Positions 35,630-48,118 of a DNA stretch of 64,000 nucleotides are shown one piece after another (the stretch's first letter is position 1; each line of letters begins with the position of its first letter). Source of the DNA: Asterionella formosa. Taxonomy: Eukaryota. A program made the translations under genes and the position numbers. The notes below the pieces were generated by a model that did not search any database, was not told where the DNA came from, and saw only the letters and a list, made by a program, of their open reading frames with translations. The stretch is taken from NCBI GenBank assembly GCA_002256025.1, contig NKIB01012973.1:1-64000 (forward strand), in the 5' to 3' direction.

Positions 35630-38570
35630 CTAATTGTTTGGTTTCAGCAAAATTACCGCAACTTGCCTGTTGAGCACATGCATGACCAGCTCAAAAAATT
35701 GCTGCCTAATATAAATCAGATATACCGGAATCATCGTTTGTCCAATGAAATATGTACAATGCGACAACATGAATCCAACAAGAAGACAGGCAATCCAACA
35801 ACTAACCATATCCATTTGACGAAGAGTTGTTTCGCTTCAGACTGGGAATCATGGAAGATGGTTGGTATGGTGAAAGGTGAATGGCCGCAACGATGATAAA
35901 GCAGCCTTCAATCGGATGGTTCCACCAATAGGAGGTATAGTGCTCAGACATCTTCGAGCCAGCAAGCAGGCAGTTCAAACACTATTGCTCACCCTGGACA
36001 AGATGCCATATCGAATCCGGACAGCAATGGTAGTTTCTACTGAGTCATATTCCAACATCCAAAACTGGGTGATCAGTACACTAAAGGGTTCTGGCGCGTC
36101 TATGGTAGGCGATTAATAGTATATTATTGGGAGCTATATCCAAAAGATCTAGGGCATTACATTCAATAATCCTTGCAAAACAAAAACACTTTGTTGAGCC
36201 GCTGAAACAGATGTTGATGACACCGAATTAATGCTCACATCAACACCGGGACCATACATGAAACAGCGTCTAAAATGCAACTCATCTTACAGTTCTGGGA
36301 GCATCTGATATTTACAACAGGAAGAGCCTTTGCCCTCGAAAAATAATTCTTCATAGCAATGGATTGGGACAATACTAATGATGAATATAGTCTAAAACCG
36401 AAGGACAACTTGTTCTTCTCCATTGATCTGACCGCTGGAGAAAACATGTACAATTTCACCGGTGTTGGAAAAATAAGTTTAGGAAAGAAAATCCCGACAT
36501 AAATTACCGACTACATATTGAATCAAATGAATCAAAAAAGAATATGTCACCAGAGAAAACTCAGAATTCGAAAATAATCTACATCGCCAGTAAAACCCAT
36601 AATTCCACTAAAACTCTTAGGAACGATTACAATCGATTACTGCAACATCGTTGTTCATATCTACAGCCTATTTGGTCCCTGACGTGTCCTTACAGGATAC
36701 AAGAAAGCAATAGAGGGCTTCGGGACGCAATTTTAACAACTGGTATTAAACAAAAAATTGCCTTCAGGGCCCCCACAACTTGGTAGCTTGCCTAGCAACG
36801 AGGATGAACTTGTGCATCTAATACTGAAAGGACAAACAATTAGCCAAAACATCTTGGCATCGAATTGTCATAGAAGCGAAGTGATGATACCTCACAAAGT
36901 GACACTCCGTTCATAGATGAAATACCCTCTCTGCAGATCCACCTTTACCACCATTAAAAACAACCAAATCGATCGGTTATACCTACCCACGCCCCTCACG
37001 AGAATGGGCTTCAATTCCATGACAGAACGCTTTTTTTTCGGTCATCTATCCCCAGGATGTTTGGGTTCACAAGCACATACACTGATCAAGGCATCTCTCA
37101 ATCCCAAATGGTACTTACCAGTAGTAGTCACCTCCGCCAGCAAAACAACCTGGGCCAATTGCTTCAGATACTAATTGAAACCCTCCAACTCCTTGTTGGA
37201 TTGCAACAAGCCTCTTTTACTTATTCCCCACGAATTTTCTCACATTACATAGAACCCACATGGATGACAAGCGTCTGGACATCCATCTCTTCCCGAAATG
37301 GCAGCATTCTCCTTGAGGACCCCTGGAATTTATAACCTCACCAGGGCAGCAATTGAATTCTCATAGAAGTTTGGACTCAGCCATCATTGCGCCTTACTCC
37401 CAAACCCCTCAAGAGACTTAAATATCACATTGTATATTCTTCCACCTGGTCATGGGGCCACTCTATGCTGGGAGGAGATATGGGTCACAAGCCACATCCT
37501 CACAGCCCTCCAGGAAGCAAGCTATCGCGAAGAATTTCAACAGTATATCATCCAGAAAACAAGTTGGGAAACCAAAGAATTCTATGACATGGTGGATTGG
37601 CCAGCTTGGCAGCACACCAGCTGAAACTAGGACCTTTTCAAAAATCACTACATTCAAGCTGGAATTTGACCTTTTATCTAGCCATAATGAAAGTGAGAAA
37701 ATAGTACAAACCAAAAATAGATGGCAGATGCCCATATTGCAGTAGATCTAACGAAGACCTTAACCATGTGGTTCGACGTTCCCATACCACCCAAGAACGA
37801 GAAAAAGGGTGGACTGCACTTCTGAGTGGGATGCAAACATGCTGGTTTGTTCTCCTCCACTTTGGACAGGGAATGGTTCATGGTCTAGGGATCAACTGGT
37901 ACAGTGGGCAGGAGCCATCCCAATGCATGACAATGTTGTAGGCCAAATGACCTTTGAAGCATTCCTTAACTAACCGGACATTGGATGGCATCAAGCACTC
38001 TGCAACAGGATTAGTTACAAATGGGGTTGAGCGAATGCTCTATATTGTCAACAAAGCATGCTACCCTCTGACTCTGCTACAGAGCAAAATTGGACAACAA
38101 AGCTAGTTTCTGAATTGTGGATATTTGGAGTTGATTGCTGGAAATCATGTAATCAATATATGTATGGTGCCACCAATGAGAAGACCACAATGAAGCTCAG
38201 TTCAGAAGTCGGCAATGCGGTTTCGGCCCTTAATGCCTCCTCAGACAAGGTTGCTCCCACAGAATGCCACCTGTTTCTCCTCCCAAGTCATGTATGCCTT
38301 TGCCACCATAGAAAAGCACAGAAACTACAGTGGGTGAATACATTAGAACTGTTGCTCCATGCTTGGGATCAATGCTTGGGATCAATGCTTGAGATCCCTC
38401 TTTTTCTTCTATACTTGGCTATGGAGGTCAGCTCTGACTTGCCCAATGCTGGGAACTCTTAGAAGGCCGCTGCCCAAGGGTCTGCTACTGACCCCCCTAA
38501 TTTGCCCTTCTTCCCCCATGCCCCCCCCCCCCCCCCCACCAGCACCAGTGCAATTATTAGCTAAGTTTTA
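35630..38570 (+). mobile_element. Third decayed copy of the Ambal-like LINE (RT to 3' end), interrupted by a solo LTR
   Basis: DDKAAFNRMVP, STLKGSGAS, AETDVDDT, MKYPLC..TFT, FGFT.TYTDQG, YILPPGHGATL and FKLEFDLL are shared with the copies at 14-17 kb and 31-34 kb. Confidence 0.9.
36463..36738 (+). mobile_element. Copia solo LTR (276 bp)
   Basis: TGTTGG...TTAACA termini. 5-bp TSD accgg / actgg. Homologous to 61136-61357, which follows Copia RT-RH. Confidence 0.92.
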
Positions 38571-38979
38571 AAGGTGAATTGCTGCAGTCATTTTTCAGGA
38601 GACAAACAGCATTACTCAATGGGTCATGGAATAATTTTCCTGGGACCTGGGACCTGCGTTAGCCTTTATATTGGCAGTAAGTGTATACACGTACCAGACC
38701 AAGACACAAGTTATTGATCTGCTTGAGAGGATGAGGAAAATAAGATATGAAGATCAAGATGTTGGTGCTGATATTGAGGAAGAATTTTTTTATTTAAGAA
38801 ATCACTGCTGCAGAGCACCATTTGTGGAACACAGGGACAATTACTCAGGGATTGGAAAATTAAACGCATTGGAAAAATCACTATGCCAATATTGCTCATG
38901 ATTTTATTCATGTGCTCATGTGTACCTGTTGCAATAAAGTGATTCGGTTTATCACAACCTGGATGATGGTCATCAACTT

Positions 38980-40191
38980 TCAGGAATCACTTGCTGCTTT
39001 ATGTACATATCTACCAGCAGACACATGTCTCAATCCAAGCTCACTCATCTTCGCTGCTAACTTCACATTCAAACTATTTCCCAATAGCTTCCACTGCTGC
39101 TTCAACGAAAAGTTTTCTGGAAACCTAAAACTCTCATTAAATCCCATGAAGCGTGCAATTTCCGTGCCTGAGAAATACCTCAAGGATTTCTCTATTTCAT
39201 CCAGTCTGTCTTTCCAATCATCAGAAAATTTGCGATCTTGTGGATTCTGAAGTGAAAGAGAATGCTTGCCTATTTCACCTGTAAAAAGGACGCTGCCTGT
39301 TCCTTTTACAAACCTGCCATAAGACGATGTGAAACAAGCTGAATTTTGAGAATCTGGCGTGACAATGTCGAAGCACCAAGAGGAATTGCTGTTCAGTATT
39401 TTTGGTGGAACCAATAGACTCTCAATTTTTTCGAGACCTTGATCGAGGAAATCATAAATTTGAGGTAGATTGGTCACGTTTTCCTCAGGAATAATTTGCA
39501 AGTCTGGAAGGGATGTGTAGAGTTTTACGGGTAATTTGAGATCATCTTTTTCCAAAAATGTACTTTTGCCCCCACTCAACACTGCAACACAATAATACCG
39601 CGGTCGCTCATTTGGAATGCCCACTTGCGTAGGATTAAGGTGAAAGTTTCCTGTTTTGAAGTTCCTTGTCGTCAATACAGTTCTGAATCTCTCCATGCTC
39701 CCAGAAAGCTCGAAGCCGACGACATTTTCCAGCAATATTAATTTGGGTAGTTTTTCTGGGTCCATTTCCATCAATAAATCACACAAGTGTAGGAATGATT
39801 TGGACCGGTCATCCAGAAGATCATTTGACTGATTCTCATGTTGTCTCGTATGTGGCTGACAAGGAGGCGACATGCACCAAATATCGGCCGACCAGTCGTG
39901 GGCTTGCTGCAAAGATAATGTTTCGATCGAAGGATTGACCTTTCGCTTTCTCTTCTTTTCTGTCATGACGCTCGGAAAATTGTGCGCCATTACTTCTGCG
40001 CAAAGACCAGAATGATCGAGGGCAGCCAGGCGCATAAGTTTGAGAGACCCTGCAGGAGCAAACGCTTCGACAGCATCATGTAAGGCCATTGTCCATCCTC
40101 CAATTCCAGAATAAAACTCGATGTAAGTGAGTAAGCAGGGCGACGATAGGACAGTGTCGCTACTTCCATTTTTGTCCGTGGGTTCTGTCAT
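38980..40191 (-). CDS. DNMT2: tRNA (cytosine-38-C5)-methyltransferase DNMT2/TRDMT1 (403 aa from ATG 40191)
   Basis: EFYSGIGG, MSPPCQPHTR, LLENV, PNERPRYY, the DNMT2-specific CFT motif (CFTSSYG) and LLGNSLNV. The upstream open frame to 40584 looks non-homologous. Confidence 0.93.
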   Translation of the reverse strand: MTEPTDKNGSSDTVLSSPCLLTYIEFYSGIGGWTMALHDAVEAFAPAGSLKLMRLAALDHSGLCAEVMAHNFPSVMTEKKRKRKVNPSIETLSLQQAHDWSADIWCMSPPCQPHTRQHENQSNDLLDDRSKSFLHLCDLLMEMDPEKLPKLILLENVVGFELSGSMERFRTVLTTRNFKTGNFHLNPTQVGIPNERPRYYCVAVLSGGKSTFLEKDDLKLPVKLYTSLPDLQIIPEENVTNLPQIYDFLDQGLEKIESLLVPPKILNSNSSWCFDIVTPDSQNSACFTSSYGRFVKGTGSVLFTGEIGKHSLSLQNPQDRKFSDDWKDRLDEIEKSLRYFSGTEIARFMGFNESFRFPENFSLKQQWKLLGNSLNVKLAAKMSELGLRHVSAGRYVHKAASDS

Positions 40192-41857
40192 GATCAAGTG
40201 AGGGCTAAGGCAGCGGTGGAGAATATCATGGTAAATAAAATAGTTGTTGACCATAATTGACGAGTGCGTGATGTGGGTGGGCAGGGTCCTGTTAATATCT
40301 GCATATGATGCTCCATACATGCGCCGTACGAACCATACCGGCGCAGCCACCAGATTAGGTACATGCGTGAGTGCTAACAACGATGTACTCGAAACAGCAA
40401 TAGAATAGTCATAATATTGTAGTTCACCTTTATTCACGACAAGGTTCCCCTTAATAGAACTACAATATCTGTTTTGACATTGCGGCTCTTGTTGGTGGTG
40501 CAAACCAGCACTGTTTTCAACAATCAACTGTGCAACACCGCTTGCCTGTTCGCTTTCCCTGTCTCTTGGGCCTTCTTCCACCATGGCAACTCCACTCGTT
40601 TCCGCTGTTTCGACAACAAAAAATTGTAAACTAAATGCACATTTCCTTTTTCCTCAGTTGAATCAACAGCTCGCTTTGCTTGTTGGGAAGCACAATTGTA
40701 AAACAAAACAAAATTGGTAAGTGCTCTTGTCATTGGACTTATTCACTTCTGATGGAACATAACTGACGAACACGCCACGTTTACCTTCTCTCAAAGTTAA
40801 GCTAACGAAAATGAATCGGTAAGTTTTATTTGGCAACATTGGAAACCTGAAACTTTCTTATTCAAGAATTTACTGACAATTTACTATTACAGACTTATAC
40901 ATCACTTGATTTGATTTGGCTGTGGTAAGTGAAGCAAGCAAGAGGATATGATGGAATGGTGTGATGTTGTGTCAGTGTAACATGTCTAGCAAACAAGTCG
41001 TTCCTTCTCATTGTTACTGTAACTGCATAATACAATAAAACCGATCAAACGAATAGCCGGCGAGTTCAGAATGACACTGACACAGGGAGAGAGACACCAC
41101 ATTAGTAAGGCATTGCTTGGCACAAGATTCAGAAAAGAGGAAGAAAAGGGCGAGACAGGAACAATATACATTGAGCCGAGTAGAGAGAGAAACGTTGGGT
41201 TGCTGGCATGTAGAATAATAGATAGCATTGCTAAAAATTGATAGTTAAATTATGATCCATTTCAATCTATTTTGAACAATGCTTGTGATTAGAATTATGA
41301 TGATGTTTACGATAGATTTACGATGAAACAATTTAAATGATAGCATAGAGTTGAGCTGATTTTAGAATGCGTTGTAGTAATAATTTACATTGGGCAATCA
41401 TCACGAGAGTTGAAAAAAATATGAGAAGGTTTATGATGATGATGAGTAATGTTGTTGATCAGTTGATATACATTGTGTGATGATAATGTTCTTATTATCA
41501 TTATACTTCAAGGTCGGTAAAATATTAATGAATCATCATAGTTATAGGATACCTTGATCATAAATTTGATCCAAAAATTATCATATATACGAAAATCCTG
41601 TGCCACTTAGCGTACGATACCCTTGATCCTATATGCATGATACTTTTTATTTGCAGACGTGGATCAAAGCATGTACCGGTAGAGCATTCAAATCGGAATG
41701 GCAACAAGGAATGTACCGTTGTTGCACAGAATTCATTCTGATAGCATCGTTGGGTACAAGGTTTACATACACGTAAGGTGATCTGTGTAAAGTCATAACC
41801 TTTGCTAAAATAATAATTGATCAAAGAGCAACAGCTATTGATCAATCAAACAACGTA

Positions 41858-42192
41858 TCAATATATCGATACATTTGGTTAGCATATTAGTTTTGATAAC
41901 TAATATATATGACTTCTATCTGTGCGGAACCTAACGTGTGTAAGCAAATAATCTGACAAACAAATTTGATTGACCACACCAACACGATCATTGATAAATC
42001 AAAATTATCATCAACATAACACAACATTTGATCAATATATCAACAATTTGGATTAACCGATTAGATTTGGTAACTAATATATACAAGTTCTAATATACGC
42101 ATAACCTAACATGTGTATGCTAATAACCTGACGTACAAATTTGATTGATCATACAGACACTGCCGTTGATATATCAAAATTATCATCAACAT
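41858..42192 (+). repeat. Diverged tandem duplication, ~175-bp period
   Basis: caatatatc...taactaatatata...cctaac.tgtgta...caaatttgattga...atcaaaattatcatcaacat occurs twice. Confidence 0.85.
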
Positions 42193-42299
42193 GTCAAATT
42201 TTTTTGAATAATCAATCATTTTTTAAACATATGCTGACTAAAACATTAGATCTAATGGAAAATTTATTCACAGATGCTGTCAGAACCACAACCTCTGTC

Positions 42300-43573
42300 C
42301 CGAGAAATTTCTTGCCTCTAGGTAGCTGGAAAACTATGTGCTAAGCATTTTTAGTCAATCTTGACAATCTTCTAGGTGATTCTTTTTCTTCTTCGTTGTT
42401 ATATTGATAGCAGACCAAAGCCTCCGCAACGAGCTTGCGAAAACAGAGCATGCCATCAACCTCCCTCCTTATAGAATTGTTCATATGCAAGAATGGCATT
42501 TTCTGCCATGACTGAAAGGAGCAATGATGACACTCTATTTGGCCACCATTTTGTCGCCCATTTCACTTCCAAAGTTTTTGGGGGATGCCTTGTTGCATTA
42601 TGATTGTCAACAATGTGGTTGTAGAAAACCAATGTAACTGTTATCTTTTTCTGTTATTCATGATCTGCGCACACTTTCCCCTCCACCATTTTTCAATCCA
42701 TCTGAGTGGCTACAGCTTTTCCCTCAACCTTTTGATCAATGATAAACATAATTTGAATCATTACAGAGCTCCGAAGTAAATATTCAATCAAATAACTGGA
42801 AAGCAGTCGACTTCAAATGAATCGGAAATGATGAAAATATTGGGTTGCTCTTTGATACATTTAACTGGCTCCTGTCGCAAATTCCTTACTTATACCACTC
42901 ATTGACAAACAAATCTTTTGCAACTTCATCGTTGAAAAAAATTTCAGATGCTGGGGCATTGTCAACACCAATATCAACAAATCCAGCTGGGATGGCAATA
43001 TCGTCAATGTCAAGAACTGCGCCAGTACACAATTGTTTACAAGTTTGAGAAGCTCTGAAGGCATCACTTCACCTTCTGCTGCCTCCTCAAGTAAATAATC
43101 GTCTTCATCATAGTAAAGGGTGTCTGAATCAACATTGGAAATGATCAAGAAGTGATATTCAAGGGTATACGGCTCAGTCATATCAACATCATCCACAGTC
43201 CCAGGAGGAGTGACCACAATGGCAATCGCATCCTTACCTCTGATTTTCTTAAGCTCCCTCTGCTGAACTGTAATTCTTTCAATTCGATGGTCTTTTGCGA
43301 TGTTCACATGGTGATTTCTGACCCACAGAGATGGGTGAATTTACTTGGAAAGGCATGAAACAATGGCACCTTTGCCCATTGTCAAATTTTGTTTTCGCGC
43401 CATCCTGCAAAGATTTTTTTGAGTTTTTTTGGCAGGCAGACTTCTCATATATCTGGAATTTTCAAACCTAAATAAGCTTATTGCCATTCATACCTACAGA
43501 AATATACAGTTCTGTAGATTTAGATTACCTTTTTAGAAATGAAATATCCATTGAATTGAGCTAGGGGCAAGGG
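42300..43573 (-). mobile_element. piggyBac-like transposase remnant, internally deleted
   Basis: C-terminal VDNHNA.RH...LE.KWATKWWPNRV..LL....ENA.LAY...FRKLVAEAL (~42410-42630). N-terminal fragment at ~42860-43400. A possible CCCTTGCCCC terminus at 43573 lacks a clean TTAA. Confidence 0.65.
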
Positions 43574-44044
43574 ATTGAAAACCCAGACTGAATCCAGTCT
43601 AGTCGGAAAGCATCAAAATACATATTATTTCATTATGAGTGTCTTCTTAGAGACTTAGGCCGTTGCCAACGGTGGACCAAAACGCAAACCAAACAGTGTT
43701 TTGGTTTCGGTAACCCTAAAATACGATGCTGTCGGGAGTGAAAAACCCAACACAAACGTATTACGTTTAGGGGATTCCGTGCCCATATGTTCCAATACCG
43801 GCATGTTGAGCTACACATGATCTATGTAGCAATACACCTGCTACTGTAGCAGTAACAGTGCCAGGGATGTATATATTATATACCTATAGTGATATGGATG
43901 AATACATACCAGTAAGCAATTTAACAGATAGTGGTAGACTATCTTGTCTACATCACACGGTACCTGGTACCTGGCACCGTCATATGTATACGACCATGTT
44001 TCAGTTGGTTTGGTTTGGAGGTAGGGGTGGTGATCTATGTGAGG

Positions 44045-45106
44045 TTATCTAGCCTGTTGTTGCAGAAGACCTTTCATCCGATCACGAGTGCATGCAGCAG
44101 ATTGACTCAGACCAAACAATGCATTTCCCACAACTGAATTGTTAATCAAATCTTCTGATAAAGCCAGTTTTGTTGCTTCTACTGATGCGTCCTCAACTTT
44201 CAGCTGGCCTCTGCTTCCAATGGAGCAATCAATTGACATATCAGAAGAACGACTGAAACTTCGTTCCTCTGCAACCAATTTTCTAGCTGATGCATGGCCT
44301 GCTGATTCTTTCTTGCCATTATCAAAGACACAATCCTTTGTTAGCAAGAGAATAGACTTGAACTCATCTCAAGCAAATGCTCCAAACAATTTGAATCCAA
44401 TCCAGCCATGAAAATAATAATCCACAGGCATCCCAACATCATCATTCAATGCCACAGCAGCACCCAAGATTTCCTCCTCATCATCATCATCCTCATCATT
44501 AGCTGGGTCGCTGTAGCTGGTTCGACCCTTCAGATATCGAAACATATGGTTTAATACATGGTTTTCATAGTCTTCAACATTGTTCCCGGAAGGCAAAGTC
44601 CCATCAGGGAGTAAAAATTGCGACCCAAATGCTAAGGCCTTCTTCCAATTCAGCAGGGCATGCTGAGCCATCTTCAATAGAGTTCGACCAGTAATTAAAG
44701 TGGACATATTTTTTATTCCAGTGCCTGCAAGAGATCTTGTAGTGAATTGAGAGCCAGCAACATATCTGTTTTGACAATCCCGGGAATAGCAATCTTTTAA
44801 GACCAAATCAAAGGCAGAAACATGATCTGCATTTTTTTCTGGGAGGTTGGTATTCAGCTCCTCTCTACTCCAAAGGTCTTCGAACTGACCCCTTCCCCTC
44901 AGCAGAGACTCCAAATATCCAATGCTTCCTTTCACGGATGGATCGCCATGATAAAGTAGAAATATTTTATTCTGAAGATTTTTGATCATCATTGTTGGCC
45001 CTCCTGATCCCTTGTCCAGAACAGCAACAGCAACAGTTCGTTGCAACTCCTTTTGCCATGCAGAGGGAGAAAGAGCTCCCTTGGCTGGAAGGGGTGCTGG
45101 CATCAT
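44045..45106 (-). pseudogene. Hypothetical protein ORF with a single in-frame TGA at 44369-44371
   Basis: ORFs 44369-45106 and 44045-44347 are in the same frame (...GAFA*DEFKSILLLTKD...). Confidence 0.65.
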
Positions 45107-45152
45107 GATCGAGGATGCTGATTGTTGGCAATCGACAGATGTTGTTATGTTC

Positions 45153-45198
<46 letters not shown>
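45153..45198 (+). repeat. (TTG)n microsatellite
   Basis: About 15 perfect units. Confidence 0.95.
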
Positions 45199-45730
45199 GT
45201 ACCTGGTAATATGTACTTGGACTATAAAGTTACGACTCTATATTATATATATATACATACTGGTGTGTAGTTGGATGACAATAAGACAGCAGCATCGCTC
45301 AAATTGCGGGAAAAACTAACTAATTCCCAAATAGGAATCATAATATTTCATTTATAAAAGTAGTCTAATAGATATATTTTACTTTTTTTATAATGGTTTT
45401 GTCATCCTACGTCACAGTACCCGGTAGATGGGTGGTTGACAGCATTTAGGATTTCCCAAAAACCGATAGCATCGTATTTTCGTCATTTGACCAAAACCAA
45501 AACCAAAACCAATCCAATTATAAGTTTTTGGTTTTTGGTTTGGGTCAACAGTTAGCAACGGCCTTACCGGCACAGTTGCAGTACCTGGTACCGGTAGTAA
45601 ACCTGGTACGACTTCGGCACCTGGAGTACCAGACACCGGGTTATCGAGAATCGAGACTACATATGTACCGTGCCAGTAATATTACTCATGATTATAGCAT
45701 GAGCAATAGAGGACCACAAACAACGATGGA

Positions 45731-48031
45731 ATGATCAACGAGAACAACGAATTGGACAACATGCTCGCGCCTGATTCCTCAGCCGCTCCATCGAGCTTTC
45801 TCATTGCCAGCGGATGTGCCACCCTTCTTTTGGCTTCTGTGTTGGGCTTTGTCTTGAAGGGAAGCTCTCGCAAACGGTACGTCGCTCGATTACCTGATAC
45901 GTGTGCAGTTCACGCTTGTTCTAGGGATGCACGATGTTACAACGGTGTGCTGCACCTTCCAATGATTAGGAATAGTGTGCGCCATTGGAGATCTAATGAA
46001 TGCAGATTAACATGTTTCAAATGTCTTGCCTTATCTACAGGCGACAGGCACAAGAACATGAAGAAGCCGGGACGCCGGAAGTCAAGGAGCTCGACAGATC
46101 GGTAAGCAATTAAAGTGTAGGAGGCAGGTCGCTCCTGTTGTCGAAACGGCATTAATCTTACGCACGCGCCGACACAGATATACCCAGGTGGCCATATCTT
46201 CGTGTACTTTGGATCCCAAACTGGAACAGCGGAATCATTTGCTAATCAACTGCAACGCGAAGGTCAAGAGCACGGTTTTATGGTACATGTAGTGGACTTG
46301 CAAGACGTCAAATTATCTGATCTGGTCAGCGAGGAAACAACGACTGAAGGTAGAAATGTAGGTATTTTCTTGATTTCTACTTACGGAGAGGGAGAGCCGA
46401 CTGACAATTCGGTCTCAGTAGTCATGGATTTGAAAAGCAGAATCAACACTATTGACGAAGAAGAAAAAAAGGAAGACTCCAGGATTGAATCAGTTCTCTC
46501 TCGCCTCCACTATAGTGTGTTCGGATTGGGAAATCGGCAGTATGAACATTTTAATGCCATGGGAAAATTTTTCGATTCGTCCTTAGAGCAGGTCGGTGCC
46601 TCTCGAATTCTTCCAATCGGCATTGGCGATGACGACCGGGACTTGGAAGGAGACTTTGAAGCTTGGAAAGACAATGTCTTGTGGCCCTCTTTGAAGAAGA
46701 AATACGTCAAGGACGCCGTGGTTAAAAATTTAGTCAGAGTTGCTTCACTACCAGAGACTCCATATGTCATCGAATACGTCTGCGCCGACACGAAAATGGT
46801 GGATGCAGCCTTGGACAAAGTCCATTCGTCGAGTCGTCATTACTTCACTTCAGTGGATTGCCCTGCTAGTGTCGTAAAGGAATTACGCAATCCTCAAGAC
46901 GGTGGGTCTACCATGCATATTGAAATTGACATTTCCAGGGCCAAAGACTTCACCTACCACACAGCTGATAATCTCGGTGTCATTCCGGTCAATCAAGAGG
47001 AAACTGTGAAAGCTGTCGCCAATGCTTTAAAATACCAGTTAGATTCCTTCTTTATAGTAAAGCCCGCATTCAATCATGAGTGGCATGGTGCGCCATTTCC
47101 GCAACCACTGTCAGTGAGAGAGTGCTTAGAGCGATATTGTGATCTCACCGGACCTCCACGTCGGTCGGAACTCAAGCTTTTGGCAGATTTTGCTATGGAT
47201 CCTGTTGATAAGAGAGTCCTGTTGAGATTGTCCAGCAAGGAAGGAAAGGCGGAATACAAGGAAAAGGTTATAGATGCACATGTTGGTCTGGTCGATTTGT
47301 TGAAGCTGTGCCCATCCATTGAGGCTCCATTAGCTCACTTCATTCATTTCTGTCCTCGGTTGCAACCTCGGTACTACACTATCAGTTCATCACCATCAGT
47401 CCACCCAAAGTCAGTTCACTTGACGGTGGCTGTAATGGAACAAACCAAGAATGATGGTTCGGTTTTCAAGGGTGTTTGCTCGAGTCATTTGGCAGGTTTG
47501 ACACCCAATGTTTCAATTTGTCGAGTCTTTTGCAGGGAATCTACCTTCCGACTCCCGAACGACTCGTCCAAGCCGATTATTATGATTGGACCGGGAACGG
47601 GCATTGCCCCTATGAGAGCCCTTTTGCAAGAACGAGCGTATCAACGAGATGTGCTGCAAAAAATTACCGGCTCGAATATTCTGTACTTCGGCTGCAAAAA
47701 AAGAGGGTTTGACTACCTCTACGAAGATGAACTTGATGGATTCCGAAAGTCCCACATTCTGACGGAGCTTCATTTGGCATTTTCTCGGGAGTCATCTTCG
47801 AAGATATATGTTCAACACTTGCTTGAAAGGAGGGGGAAAGAAACCTGGGACCTCGTGAATAAGCAAGGTGCTTATATTTATGTCTGTGGTGGAGTCAAAA
47901 TGGGTCACGACGTCCAATACACTCTCATGAATATTTGCATCTGGAATGGGAGAATGTCGGCTGATGATGCGAGGGCGTACATGGAAAAACTGGCAAGTGG
48001 GGGAAGATTTGTACAAGAGTTATGGGCTTAA
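45731..48031 (+). CDS. CPR: NADPH-cytochrome P450 reductase; exons 45731-45876, 46041-46101, 46178-48031 (686 aa)
   Basis: N-terminal TM anchor. FGSQTGTAE, STYGEGEPTDN, VFGLGNRQYEHFN (FMN). PRYYTISSS, GVCS (FAD). IGPGTGIAP, YFGC, YVCG and terminal ELWA (NADPH). Two GT-AG introns in frame. Confidence 0.95.
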
Positions 48032-48118
48032 TGAAATAGCATACGATCTAAGAATATATAATAAATGAAAGGATAAACTCTTAGTTTGAAATACAAGAAT
48101 ACCATCGTAGGTAAACAG

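Larger units (their letters stand above)
43655..45566. mobile_element. hAT-like TIR element carrying a non-transposase ORF
   Basis: Left end ttaggccgttgccaacggtggacc vs reverse complement of right end taaggccgttgctaactgttgacc. Inner IR aaaatacgatgct.tcgg and AAACC subterminal repeats at both ends. No TSD seen. Confidence 0.7.

Noticed and set aside
40192..40584. 131-aa N-terminal extension of DNMT2
   Set aside because: No recognisable homology. ATG 40191 lies just before motif I, so the extension is probably a chance open frame.
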